A stretch of 63,889 bases of DNA from Asterionella formosa. Lineage: Eukaryota. The position numbers and the translations under genes were made by a program. Location of the stretch: the NCBI GenBank assembly GCA_002256025.1, contig NKIB01013133.1, positions 1 to 63,889 on the forward strand, given 5' to 3'. Positions 1 to 10,829 of the stretch are shown one piece after another; position 1 is the first letter of the stretch; the number at the start of each line of letters is the position of its first letter. The notes under the pieces were generated by a model. It was not told where the DNA came from, did not search any database, and worked only from the letters and a program-made list of their open reading frames with translations.

Positions 1-33
1 TTCTGGTAGACGATCACTTTCCCGCTTGACTTT

Positions 34-178
34 AGGGTTCTACAGAAATATCCTCTATCATGTTCGAATATCGCCCTCCCGGTTGTCTAAAGGGTTCTGA
101 AGAGATAGCCATTGATTTTTCATTATTATGTCTGGTTCTTGTTAGGGTTCTATAGAGATAGCCATTTTGATTTTTCAT
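34..178. repeat. Three degenerate tandem copies (~55 bp period) of AGGGTTCT-x-AGAGATAGCCATT(TT)GATTTTTCAT
   Basis: Copies start at 34 (partial), 91 and 144. Copies 2 and 3 are nearly identical over ~33 bp. Confidence 0.7.
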
Positions 179-305
179 GACGTCGTGACTGTGATATCCA
201 CATTAATATCTTTTGCCGCAAAAAGTTTGAAGTATTCATGTTTTGTCGTCCATTGAGAAATGATGTATAGCTACAATAAAACTGGAAAATCGGCGGGATC
301 GCCAG

Positions 306-3300
306 TTAAATTAGGAAGAAGAAGTGCTTTTTCACTATGTAAATGGCCACAATGCATGCCGCGACAAGGGGCAGAACCACGGAGTTGATAATGTCCGTAT
401 TGATCAATTGGTGTGAAAGGCCAACAATGACAATGTGAATATTGCCAAAAATTCTCGCCATTAGACTGGCAAAAGTCACGAATGTTCCACAACCCATGAA
501 TCTGGGCCTTGTCGGCGACACTTTACTCATTAATGATAATGCTGCTCCCTCAAGGGAAACGACTCCAAAAAAGCTCACGATGATTCCTATCAAATATTGG
601 TACACACCAAAATCCCAATCGTAGGGATGATACGTGCCATGTGCATCTTCGTCAAATATGTGACTGATGTGAGATACAACGCTTACCATTGCAGCCCAAT
701 TGATCATGATAAAAAAACCAAGGATGGTGATCACCAATGAGTTCTTTATGATAGTACGTTCATCAAATGTTCCAGCTATTCGTCCGCAGAAATACTTGAT
801 TGGAAGGCACGTGCCAGAGATTAGACCTAAGAACAAACCAGCCTGACTACCATTCCAAGCAAAGTAGCGACTGGTAATAGTTGCACATGATGTAAAAAGA
901 AGCTCGTGAGTAAGTCGACAAAAAACAACACCCGCAAGTGTCACAGGAATGGCCACATTGTAGGTCAGTACTCGACCAAGTCGCCCTAGTAAAGATTTCC
1001 ATTGACGAATCGATTTTCTTTTTGCCACTGAGTCTCTCGGAGTCCCTCCTTTGAGCTCCCGATGTGTATCAAAGGCCAATGGATTGTCAATAGGGAGCGT
1101 TACTTTCAATTTCTTGTTGTACATAGCTTGAATATTCTGAGCAGAAGTAGTAACTGTTTCAGTATTCGTCTCAGAATAAACCATACTTTGAGGCGTTCCA
1201 GCGTTATCATCCGAGCTATCAGAGTCAAGAGCGTCGTCATGCGGTAGATCCATGGGACGCATGTCGACGGATCCATCTGACACAGCGGTACCATTTGAGG
1301 CACGATGAAATTGAAAGTACACGAATAACCAATACACAGCCCATAGAATAGCCATGAAGTAGCTCCCAGTGTGTAAGGAACTGATTGTCGTCACGAATTG
1401 ACCAAAGGGGGAGACCTCAAGGTCGAACAGTGCAAGAAAAGAACCAAGCAGGAGGCCAAAAACAACACCATAGATTTGTGTGACGACTACTTTGGCAGAC
1501 TCTGGCACAACCTGTGTAGTTCGAAGGTGACTGGTAAGCAGCTGACGATTCAAAAGTTCAATTGACCCAAATCCAATCCACATTCTTGCAAATACTGCCA
1601 ATGGAATGGATTTCCAGGATACTGCCAGAGCATGCAGTATATTGCCAACAATGGGGTAAAATGCTGCAAAAAGAAAGCATTTCCTAAAAAAATCAAGGCT
1701 CATCGATGTCAGAGATATTCCTTCGTTCTGTATCGAAATTCCCCGAGCATGGAAAAAGGCTGCAATGAGTGCACCGAAGCTTGCAGCTCCAATGATAGTG
1801 GCCGCGTGAGCAGGGTGTGCTCCAGTTCTGATCACAAATAAGTTTGATGTGGAATGGGCAATGTAATAATTGGCCGCATAGAGAAACACAGACATTCGAT
1901 TGATGATCAACATCGTGTCATCGAGAGACCTAGTCTTGACAAAAGGATCAATTTCATGGTAAGTCGCGCAATTTCTCTGGATGTACTCCATGCGTTTGAA
2001 ATCGCAATGATTGGGCTGGACCGATACAGCCGCAATCAGATCGCTGGCTTTATCATGGAAATCATCACCAGAAAGAGGAGCGCCAGTAATGGCCATTGCC
2101 AGAGTTGTCAACATAACGCTTCCAATGGGTAGTTCACGCCATTGGCCTTCAAGAAGTCCTTTGTAAAGGGCATTTGAATCAAGGAGCAATGCCGCATCAG
2201 GGTTGTATGCAACAAAGAAATCTAAAATCTCTCTAGAGCATCCGTCCAATCCTTCCCCGACCACATTCGGTCCTGTAAATACCAATGATGCTCGTGAAAG
2301 GAAATTGGTGTATGGATCTGTTTTCCACCGAGCAACTTCTCTCAATCCAAAGATAGAGACAACAGTGAATCGAAGCCTGGTCAAAGAAACAGTTGAGGCT
2401 GAGGAGGGTGGTCCATTACAGTTTTCGTCGACGGAATCAAAGGATTGAGCATCTGGCGCTTCTAAATCCTCTGCTACAAATTGTGATTTAGTCATACGCC
2501 ATCTCGAAGGTGAAAGTCCAAAGGCAGATGTTCCAGGTGTGCACGTGAAGCTATTTTCGTCGTCTTCCTCTTTGTCAACGCCAGTCCGAAGGGAAGTTCT
2601 TTTTTGCGAATTCAATTTAGCCAGAGCATCTGCTCGAGAATGGGAAACTTCGTACTCTGACAAAGCCAGAGCGATACAGGAGGAAATGACTTGTACCGTG
2701 GTTGAATTTGCTAGTAGCTGGATCTTGAGGTCGTACACTCCCACCAACTTGCAGCCGTTCACAACTGCAGGTTCATCAGCACAATCGTCGCCCAGTGACA
2801 AGGATACAATACCGCCTAGAGTAACGTTAGTAATGGACTTCTTTCCACTTTTCTTTCTCTTGCGATGGTAGTAACCTCCAAGCATTCGATTCATCAGCAG
2901 GCGATCATGTTTTCGACAAATCTTGCGAATTGCAATTACATTCACACAAATGTATCTCAAGACATGCATCAGTTCGACTCCAACCGCTGTATAACCATCC
3001 GCTTCGTCGACGGCTGATAACAGCAAAAGGTCTTCGCCAACAATATGATCCATCCGTTGAAAGGTGGGTCGACTTCGTCTCAAATTAGCAAAATTCTGAA
3101 TCTGTCGTTCCACCGCTGCAAAGGCTGGACGAGGTACCACTTTTTTCGTCAGCCGCTTCTGTTTCGAAGACACTCTGGTTTCATTCTTGGATCCCGTCGT
3201 GTTCCGGTCCATGGTGACCACAGATCCCCCGCCCGAAAAAGTCTTTCGAGAAATTGGTGAAAGTTCTGCCTCATTCGCCGCCGTAATGTCATCTTGCGTT

Positions 3301-4373
3301 GAAGATCCATCTGACGAAGACCCATCGGACGACGATGCGGAGGGGTGCATCCCGCAGAGTTCGGGAGCCCCTCTAGAACTTCCAAAGTCCTCCTGCGATG
3401 GAAATCGTAACGATCCCGCCGTGTCAGCCAATTCTCCTAACCTCGACTGCGCAAATAGTGTCACCTTTTCTACATCGGCCCGCAACAGTCCCAAGAACCG
3501 TTCTGTAATGGCGCGAGCTTTGGAATGTGCCACCCGCAAATGCGGAGGAACCGCCACGTCGCGTCGTTTTCGCCTGCGTCGACGTGCATTGTTGCGTTTC
3601 TGGTCCTTGGGTGATTTGCTAGCAGTGGTGGGAAGAGGAATTAATAACTGTGGTTGCATATTCGTGTTGAAGTTGGTGTCATACCAATAGTTTCGAGGTG
3701 GCGTGCCCGGCCCATGGTTGTTGTTGAAGCCACTGTAATAGGACGATTGCTGTGTCTGCCCAAGGAGTAGGGTGTGCTCATTTCCACCACTGTACTGCAT
3801 GGAAGTGTTTAGCATGCTAGATTCATCAGCATGCGTATCTTCCCCATCATGCGATTCATCTACCAAAAAGGCTTGTTGCGTGCCAATGAAGTAGTCTGAT
3901 GCTTCTTCTCGTCGTGGCAGCAGAAGTTGATTCTGTTTCTTCTTTTTCGCATGTGCAATGGCCGCAGATGCCGCGGTCTTGCTAGGTTTTTCGTTCTTCC
4001 AGCCCATACATTTGCTATCCCGCCCTTTTTGTTCCTGGTCGTCGTCCTCGTCGGTACTTTCGTGGCTGGTAAAGGTGAGTGGATAGCGCCGATTTCGGTC
4101 GTTGTTGTTGTTGATTTTATCGTCGTCGTCGGAATCATCGGACCCATTACTGGACGCAAAGGCCACGTCGGAATCTCCCTCAAGAAACAGTTCATCGCGA
4201 TAGTCTCCTCGTTTGTGGGTGCTAGTCACGGATGAATCAGCGTCGCGATGGCCTTCTTCTTCGTATACCGCTTCAATTTGTGACAGCAGCATTTTGAGAG
4301 TTTCGTAATCCAAATAGGCTCGTTCCCAGCCGGATCGGCGGGCCATGCGAAGGGAAGAGCCGAACCCGACCAT
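306..4373 (-). CDS. SPX-domain + MFS transporter (vacuolar phosphate transporter-like, SPX-MFS class)
   Basis: 1355 aa single ORF. N-terminus MVGFGSSL..W..AYLDYETLK and later LRYICVNVIAIRKICRKHDR match the SPX start and end motifs. The C-terminal ~530 aa has two bundles of hydrophobic helices separated by a hydrophilic loop (MFS topology). Confidence 0.88.
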   Translation of the reverse strand: MVGFGSSLRMARRSGWERAYLDYETLKMLLSQIEAVYEEEGHRDADSSVTSTHKRGDYRDELFLEGDSDVAFASSNGSDDSDDDDKINNNNDRNRRYPLTFTSHESTDEDDDQEQKGRDSKCMGWKNEKPSKTAASAAIAHAKKKKQNQLLLPRREEASDYFIGTQQAFLVDESHDGEDTHADESSMLNTSMQYSGGNEHTLLLGQTQQSSYYSGFNNNHGPGTPPRNYWYDTNFNTNMQPQLLIPLPTTASKSPKDQKRNNARRRRRKRRDVAVPPHLRVAHSKARAITERFLGLLRADVEKVTLFAQSRLGELADTAGSLRFPSQEDFGSSRGAPELCGMHPSASSSDGSSSDGSSTQDDITAANEAELSPISRKTFSGGGSVVTMDRNTTGSKNETRVSSKQKRLTKKVVPRPAFAAVERQIQNFANLRRSRPTFQRMDHIVGEDLLLLSAVDEADGYTAVGVELMHVLRYICVNVIAIRKICRKHDRLLMNRMLGGYYHRKRKKSGKKSITNVTLGGIVSLSLGDDCADEPAVVNGCKLVGVYDLKIQLLANSTTVQVISSCIALALSEYEVSHSRADALAKLNSQKRTSLRTGVDKEEDDENSFTCTPGTSAFGLSPSRWRMTKSQFVAEDLEAPDAQSFDSVDENCNGPPSSASTVSLTRLRFTVVSIFGLREVARWKTDPYTNFLSRASLVFTGPNVVGEGLDGCSREILDFFVAYNPDAALLLDSNALYKGLLEGQWRELPIGSVMLTTLAMAITGAPLSGDDFHDKASDLIAAVSVQPNHCDFKRMEYIQRNCATYHEIDPFVKTRSLDDTMLIINRMSVFLYAANYYIAHSTSNLFVIRTGAHPAHAATIIGAASFGALIAAFFHARGISIQNEGISLTSMSLDFFRKCFLFAAFYPIVGNILHALAVSWKSIPLAVFARMWIGFGSIELLNRQLLTSHLRTTQVVPESAKVVVTQIYGVVFGLLLGSFLALFDLEVSPFGQFVTTISSLHTGSYFMAILWAVYWLFVYFQFHRASNGTAVSDGSVDMRPMDLPHDDALDSDSSDDNAGTPQSMVYSETNTETVTTSAQNIQAMYNKKLKVTLPIDNPLAFDTHRELKGGTPRDSVAKRKSIRQWKSLLGRLGRVLTYNVAIPVTLAGVVFCRLTHELLFTSCATITSRYFAWNGSQAGLFLGLISGTCLPIKYFCGRIAGTFDERTIIKNSLVITILGFFIMINWAAMVSVVSHISHIFDEDAHGTYHPYDWDFGVYQYLIGIIVSFFGVVSLEGAALSLMSKVSPTRPRFMGCGTFVTFASLMARIFGNIHIVIVGLSHQLINTDIINSVVLPLVAACIVAIYIVKKHFFFLI

Positions 4374-5468
4374 TGTTTGTTTCAGTTAACAAGGCAGTTG
4401 CACTGAGTGACAGAGTGCAAAGCGCCATACGAACCGCAGTTTAGATTGGGGGGAGATTCATCTTTTTACCGGAAGCCATGTCAAACATAAAAGCGTATAC
4501 CGGTATACCGGTATACTCATAAGCAGAACCTGTATATACGTAAAAGTGACGCATAGTAGTATATTATTAGCTGCATTATATAGATATGCATAGTACTGCA
4601 TACAAATATCCATTCCGTCGGGTTGTCATTACATGAGCAAGTGCTGTACGCACCGCCACTCTTGAAGAATTCACCTAGGATTTTCTATGCTTTCCGTCGT
4701 GGTGATGAACAAATTTTGTACGTCTGAAATCTAGATAAATGAATATACAGGTACAATCGTATGATAGTGTTCATGGATTAATACTTGCATACTTACTACA
4801 TAGAGAGTTCTATTTTATTTACATATCAAAAACCAGAAATATAACATGAATTATTTTAATTATCTTGTGTTTTATTCAGCACATCCTATATCTTACACAT
4901 ATTGTAATCTTGGTAAGTTCATGCATCACGTTGTCTTTTACAATCGTACGAACAGCACAAAATATATCTAGATTTCCACATGGCAAACAGCTGCACGCTT
5001 TGATCGAAATGCATACAGTATACCTGATGGTACCAGGTACCACAGGAATTTTTTTTTTAACATGGCTGTTTGATAATATTTATGCTATTTATTTGTATGC
5101 ATCAACTCCGACAACAATATTTAGTTACCCATAACACACATTTTACCGGTAGATTATCATAAATACAGGTATGAAGATTATCATGTGACATGTGCCTCCA
5201 TAGTTGTTGACAGTCTTCTTATACTTAGAAGGGTATTGAAGGCGGAAGGCGGACCTGGTACGATCGTCGGACGCATCTTGACCATCATAACTTGTAACGA
5301 ACGTCTCATGATTGCTGATGATTCGTTGCTTTTGCTCATGTTGACAAGCAGGTGGGAAAGCAAACATGCTACAATTGTTTTGTATGACTTAACAATACTA
5401 TCGGTACATATATTTAGACAGCGACGACCCATTATACCTCCTCCACACGCACAAGAGCACCAGCCATT

Positions 5469-6449
5469 ATGAATCAAAATCCACTCCGAGAGTCTTTACA
5501 ACAAGCCATGGAATGGCTTGATCCATCCACAGGCGGCGACGACTTGGAAATTGGCAAGATTCAAAAGGCCTACGATCTGCTACTACTCTGCTGCTCCCAA
5601 GGACCTGCCCAATGCTTGTCCTTTCAGCAACGACTGCGTACCCAACTAGTGACAGAGCCAACGCTTTTTGCTGATTGGCTAGATGATCAGTCGGATTTGT
5701 GTCGAAGCATCATTGCATCGGCCTTTCTTGCCTTGCAGCTGATGGAACGAGACGAAGTTTGCTTTGGCATTTTGCAACAGTCCATAGAACGAGCATTGCT
5801 TGTCTTGAGGGTTATTTACAATGCGCCGGACGATGTGGCCTTGGCAGATTGTATTTTGGAATCTAGATATCCACTGTTGAATGCACTTTTCTTGGAACCC
5901 TTGCTTCCGCTCTCACGACACAATCGAACCAAAATGTGGGACGACACCATGGAACCCATATCCATGCAAGACATTGAGGATGATACAACAACTGCCGCAA
6001 TAGTAACAATTCCCACCACTAAGGAGTTATTGCACGAGGAAGAGACACTGTTGGAAATGGCAGAAAAAGAAATACCCAAAGATTTCATCGAAAAGACTTT
6101 TATCTTTGAACCAACGCATCAAGGGCATGTACTAGTACTAGTGGACGGGGGAGTGTCCAACAAGCGTCGCTTGCGCATTTTCGCCAACTACGGGATTCTT
6201 GCATTGTCTTGCAATTATTCAAGTCGGGATCCTACTGTTTATTTCCTTGAACCAACCACAACCATGACTCATTCGACCTTGAGTGGAATGTTTGAAATTC
6301 AACTTGGAACATGGTTATGCTTTCAAGTGGATCATTTATCATCGGGGATTCAATGGATGGAGGCAATAAAAGAAGGTATATGTGCGCGCAAGGTGGCACT
6401 TGAATTGACAAATGAAATAATGTCAACACATACGTGTGGAAAAACATAA
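5469..6449 (+). CDS. Hypothetical protein with a probable C-terminal PH-like domain
   Basis: 326 aa ATG-initiated ORF. The C-terminal ~100 aa is beta-strand-like (HQGHVLVL..KRRLRIF..) and ends in LCFQVDHLSSGIQWMEAIKEGI, resembling the Trp-containing terminal helix of PH domains. Confidence 0.6.
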   Translation: MNQNPLRESLQQAMEWLDPSTGGDDLEIGKIQKAYDLLLLCCSQGPAQCLSFQQRLRTQLVTEPTLFADWLDDQSDLCRSIIASAFLALQLMERDEVCFGILQQSIERALLVLRVIYNAPDDVALADCILESRYPLLNALFLEPLLPLSRHNRTKMWDDTMEPISMQDIEDDTTTAAIVTIPTTKELLHEEETLLEMAEKEIPKDFIEKTFIFEPTHQGHVLVLVDGGVSNKRRLRIFANYGILALSCNYSSRDPTVYFLEPTTTMTHSTLSGMFEIQLGTWLCFQVDHLSSGIQWMEAIKEGICARKVALELTNEIMSTHTCGKT

Positions 6450-6750
6450 CATGCAGTTCGTTCTTTCTTTCTCATTTTGGTACAACGCATGCAATATAAT
6501 GCAAATCTTTCCACAACCGACTGATATCCACACCAATGGATGATCGTTCCAATCCTATTCACCATCACTTTTCATCCAGTCAATACTTTGAGCAACGCAC
6601 CGAAAAAAATTAAGGCGCAGAGTGGATGACATAGGATAGAGAAACTGTTTGTATAAAATGAAAACATATTTATAGCATCGTTATATACTCGATGAAACTA
6701 TCACGAATCATGCAAGCTAGTCCCGGAAACAGAAGACTTGGCCTATTAAC

Positions 6751-9700
6751 CTAATCTACGACTCCTGCTTCGTCCTTCAATGCTGCTCTTTCCGCCGCTT
6801 TCAGCCTATCTTCCTCTGCGTATGCTTCTCTAGTTGCCTCGTCCACTGCCACCTTGGCAGTCGCGGCTGCCTCCATCATGACAGTGAAAAGTCGATCGAA
6901 TAGTTGCAAGTCCCTATTGAGAATTCCAATTTTCGTCACAGTTTTCTCCACGAGATCGCCTACGACACTAAGCGCGCCCGTTGCTTCGCCCCATAGGTCA
7001 TACTCATCACTTATTTCCGCCATGCGGGACACCGTCTTTGCAATAGCCTTTTCAACCTTGTCGATTGCTTCGCCATTGGCACCTTCGGACTCTTTGAGCT
7101 TATCAAGAGCGTCTTCGAGTGAGATTTTCGTGTTGTACAATATATCATATTTGTTTTCTAATTTCAGGAGATAATTGTACATTTCAATGGCGGACTTGGA
7201 AATACTTTGCACTACGACACTCAAGTCGCCATCTTGTCTGGACATGTAATTAGCAACCGTCGCCACGGCAACAGCACCGATCGGACCAGCAACGGCAAAT
7301 CCAGCCACACCACCAATGACCCCAGCAGTAAATTCCACGGCGGCTTCGTTCATTACAACAAGCGCTCCACCTTTTTCTTCACGGGGTTTGCGCTCGCGAT
7401 TAGCGACAAATGGCGGAGTTGGGGGAGAAGGAGCGGGGACTGCCACAGACTTGATTACGACTGAATTTTCAGCAGGCAATGGAGAAGCAGGGGCTGGAGC
7501 AGCATCGGCTGCGACTGGCAGAGAAACAGTCTGTGGTACTTTCACAGGCACCGCCACAGGGTCAGCTCTGGTGCGGATGTTTTTTGGGGCTTGCACAGAA
7601 ACTGGGGGCGCTGCTGATGGGCGACCAAAAAGAGACCCAAAGAAGTCCATTGCGTTCTTAACCAAGACATCGAAAAAATTTCCATCAGGTTCGGGAACCC
7701 ATACATCATCAGATCTCTCTCCAAGAACAGGCTCCGGAGAAACAGAAACGTCGAAAACAGGTGGAACTGATGAAAATGTCTTTCCTGATAACCCATCGAT
7801 ATACCCTGATAGGCCTGGGCCACTTGATAGAGATGCAGGCCTGGAAACACTATCAAGATAAGAACTAGGGCCAGATCCACCTGCAACGCTGACTGCGTAG
7901 ACCCTTGCCAGAGAATTGAGATACCCACCCACAGAAGTTGCTGACGCAGATTCCTTGGCAAGTGAGCTGAGGTAGCCTTCCACCGGCCTAGCTGTTGCCT
8001 CCTGAATTTCTTTTGATACAATTATAGGTGTCTTGATTAACAAAGGATCAGTTCCAGGAATAGCCTCGCTAGACAGACTTGCGGAAGGTAATGGTTTCAC
8101 AAAGGCAGGAGTAGCAGGCTTCGTCGCAATAACAGGGGATGAAAACGTCGTACCATTCAGTCCACCTAAGTAGTTCGCTCCAATTCCAGAACCCTTTGAC
8201 TTTTTGGGTTTAGGATTTGAAACAAATGCCTTTGATAGAAAAACATTAGATGAAGATGTGCCAGGCAAACCATCAAGGTAGCTTGTGCTAGAACCGGAGA
8301 CGCTTGCAGATGAGATAGATGTAGATGTTTCTGCTTTCGTAGCAACCACTGGAGTCGAAAATGTTGTGCCGTTCAGTCCTCCAAGGTAATTGGCACCAAT
8401 ACCAGACCCTTTGGCCTTCTTGGGCTTAGGATTCGATGTGAATGGCTTTGATGCAACAACAGAAGCTGACGACAAGGACGATGATGCTCCCGGTAGTCCA
8501 CTGAGGTAGCTAGCCCCTACTCCAGATCCACTTCCTGAAGAAGTAGATGCAGCTGTTGTTTCTGCTTTTGTTGCAACAACAGGAGTAGAGAATGTTGTAC
8601 CGTTCAGCCCACTTAGATAACTAGCTCCGATACCAGAACCCTTTACTGTTTTGGGTTTCGGATTAGAAACGAAAGGTTTTGATGCAACAGCCGACACCGA
8701 TGACGCTTTTCCGGGCAAGCCACTCAAATAGCTAGTCCCAAAACCAGAACCACCTCCAGATGAAGTGGTGGCCTTTGGTATCTCTGGCTTGGCGACAATA
8801 TTAGGAGTCGAAAATGTAGTACCGTTCAGCCCTCCTAAGTAGTTTGCTCCGATTCCAGATCCCTTCGCCTTTTGGGGTTTAGGGTTTGACGTGAAAGGCT
8901 TTGATGCAATGACAGAAGTTGCAGATGATTTTGTCGCCAAGTTAGCCACATAGGTACCTGAAGAAGTCGATGCTGCTGGTGTCTCTGTTTTAACAGTTAT
9001 AACAGGAGTATTAAAAGTTGTACCGTTCAGCCCACCTAAGTAGTTCGCTCCAATTCCAGAACCCTTTGACTTTTTGGGTTTAGGATTTGAAACAAATGCC
9101 TTTGATCCACCACCACCACCAGCAGCAGCAGGGAATGATGAAAACATTCCTTGCAAGCCACTAAGCAATCCTCCCCCGAAACCATTTCCAGATGAGGAAG
9201 ATGTAGGTGTAGATGTCTGTGTAGATGTCTCTGCTTTCGTAGCAACCACTGGAGTCGAAAATGTTGTGCCGTTCAGTCCTCCAAGGTAATTGGCACCAAT
9301 ACCAGACCCTTTGGCCTTCTTGGGCTTAGGATTCGATGTGAATGGCTTTGATGCAACAACAGAAGCTGACGACAAGGACAATGATGCTCCCGGTAGTCCA
9401 CTGAGGTAGCTAGCCCCTACTCCAGATCCACTTCCTGAAGAAGTAGATGCAGCTGTTGTTTCTGCTTTTGTTGCAACAACAGGAGTAGAGAATGTTGTAC
9501 CGTTCAGCCCACTTAGATAACTAGCTCCGATACCAGAACCCTTTACTGTTTTGGGTTTCGGATTAGAAACGAAAGGTTTTGATGCAACAGCCGACACCGA
9601 TGACGCTTTTCCGGGCAAGCCACTCAAATAGCTAGTCCCAAAACCAGAACCACCTCCAGATGAAGTGGTGGCCTTTGGTATCTCTGGCTTGGCGACAATA

Positions 9701-10206
9701 TTAGGAGTCGAAAATGTAGTACCGTTCAGCCCTCCTAAGTAGTTTGCTCCGATTCCAGATCCCTTCGCCTTTTGGGGTTTAGGGTTTGACGTGAAAGGCT
9801 TTGATGCAATGACAGAAGTTGCAGATGATTTTGTCGCCAAGTTAGCCACATAGGTACCTGAAGAAGTCGATGCTGCTGGTGTCTCTGTTTTAACAGTTAT
9901 AACAGGAGTATTAAAAGTTGTACCGTTCAGCCCACCTAAGTAGTTCGCTCCAATTCCAGAACCCTTTGACTTTTTGGGTTTAGGATTGGATGAAGACGAC
10001 ATAACTGATAAGGCGCCAAGGTAACCGCTGACGGAGGGCCCGGGAGCGGATTCAATTTTCTTTCCATCTATACTGTCTAGATATGAAAAAGTAGTAGTTG
10101 TTTGACTTCGAATCCTTGTCAAACTGAACGTTTGATGAACAGTGAAGCTCTCACATGGTGGTGCTGCTACCAGGAGCAAAACAAGGGCAGCATGCGCTCG
10201 GATCAT
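6751..10206 (-). CDS. Plastid-targeted, repeat-rich disordered protein with a C-terminal hydrophobic/helical domain
   Basis: First ATG is at 10206 (the ORF track starts at a TTG). Signal peptide ending CES|F followed by a Ser/Thr/Arg-rich transit-like segment (ASAFAP-type bipartite signal). Nine SNPKPxxxKGSGIGAxYLxGLNGTTF repeats. C-terminal EFTAGVIGGVAGFAVAGPIGAVAVA glycine-zipper-like segment followed by amphipathic helices. Confidence 0.85.
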   Translation of the reverse strand: MIRAHAALVLLLVAAPPCESFTVHQTFSLTRIRSQTTTTFSYLDSIDGKKIESAPGPSVSGYLGALSVMSSSSNPKPKKSKGSGIGANYLGGLNGTTFNTPVITVKTETPAASTSSGTYVANLATKSSATSVIASKPFTSNPKPQKAKGSGIGANYLGGLNGTTFSTPNIVAKPEIPKATTSSGGGSGFGTSYLSGLPGKASSVSAVASKPFVSNPKPKTVKGSGIGASYLSGLNGTTFSTPVVATKAETTAASTSSGSGSGVGASYLSGLPGASLSLSSASVVASKPFTSNPKPKKAKGSGIGANYLGGLNGTTFSTPVVATKAETSTQTSTPTSSSSGNGFGGGLLSGLQGMFSSFPAAAGGGGGSKAFVSNPKPKKSKGSGIGANYLGGLNGTTFNTPVITVKTETPAASTSSGTYVANLATKSSATSVIASKPFTSNPKPQKAKGSGIGANYLGGLNGTTFSTPNIVAKPEIPKATTSSGGGSGFGTSYLSGLPGKASSVSAVASKPFVSNPKPKTVKGSGIGASYLSGLNGTTFSTPVVATKAETTAASTSSGSGSGVGASYLSGLPGASSSLSSASVVASKPFTSNPKPKKAKGSGIGANYLGGLNGTTFSTPVVATKAETSTSISSASVSGSSTSYLDGLPGTSSSNVFLSKAFVSNPKPKKSKGSGIGANYLGGLNGTTFSSPVIATKPATPAFVKPLPSASLSSEAIPGTDPLLIKTPIIVSKEIQEATARPVEGYLSSLAKESASATSVGGYLNSLARVYAVSVAGGSGPSSYLDSVSRPASLSSGPGLSGYIDGLSGKTFSSVPPVFDVSVSPEPVLGERSDDVWVPEPDGNFFDVLVKNAMDFFGSLFGRPSAAPPVSVQAPKNIRTRADPVAVPVKVPQTVSLPVAADAAPAPASPLPAENSVVIKSVAVPAPSPPTPPFVANRERKPREEKGGALVVMNEAAVEFTAGVIGGVAGFAVAGPIGAVAVATVANYMSRQDGDLSVVVQSISKSAIEMYNYLLKLENKYDILYNTKISLEDALDKLKESEGANGEAIDKVEKAIAKTVSRMAEISDEYDLWGEATGALSVVGDLVEKTVTKIGILNRDLQLFDRLFTVMMEAAATAKVAVDEATREAYAEEDRLKAAERAALKDEAGVVD
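8320..9987. repeat. Near-perfect in-frame internal duplication (8320-9087 vs 9220-9987, offset 900 bp)
   Basis: Line-by-line identity at offset 900 with only about 2 mismatches seen. A third partial copy lies at 8151-8236. Confidence 0.95.
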
Positions 10207-10829
10207 GCTCAACCTCTATGCCTCTTATCTTCTCCTTCTTGGTAGCGTTAAATCGACAAATCTATCAAACATCAATCAGCCTTCAAGGTGATCTGCTGAT
10301 CCGATGAAATATTAATGATGACTGACATCAAGTCGGGTAGGATCTGCGAATTGCTGCGCGCAGATGCTGTTGAAAGGAGTTGTCGTAAAAGATCTATGTA
10401 GACTCTACTTGATAGTACGTTATCTGCCAGTGCACCAATAAATGCTGGTACTGGTACCTGGTACCATCAAGCTCAGTCAGTGTAAACGATGTGTTACTGG
10501 AGCAAATACTTTACTATAGAGATACCACCGTACATGATTGGTGCACTTGTATGTAGATGTTTATTTTTACAATATGCGTTTGGTCGCATGTATTCTCATT
10601 GTCCAGCATCAGCAGTGATGGATCTCGTACGTCACTCAATCGTCAGACAGATTGCATGCTTTCTATCTTTGTAGACTGGTGTGGGCCGAGGTTTTGCTTG
10701 CCGGTCCATAAATTCTGGTATCATAGGCTAGTCTACCGGTGTACAGAGGGGATGTGGACATCATCAGCCAATCAGAAATACTGATGTGGAGTACTACCGG
10801 TATACATACATTTACCTGTATTCTTATCT

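Noticed and set aside
32..147. TTAGGG words suggesting telomeric repeat
   Set aside because: Isolated hexamers inside a longer ~55 bp repeat, not a tandem array.
5185..5472. 95 aa ORF abutting the 5469 gene
   Set aside because: Non-ATG start in the track, no recognisable motif and no convincing splice link.
8150..9987. Regularly spaced repeats resembling a CRISPR array
   Set aside because: They are in-frame coding repeats with codon-position variation. There are no unique spacers or cas genes, and the context is eukaryotic.
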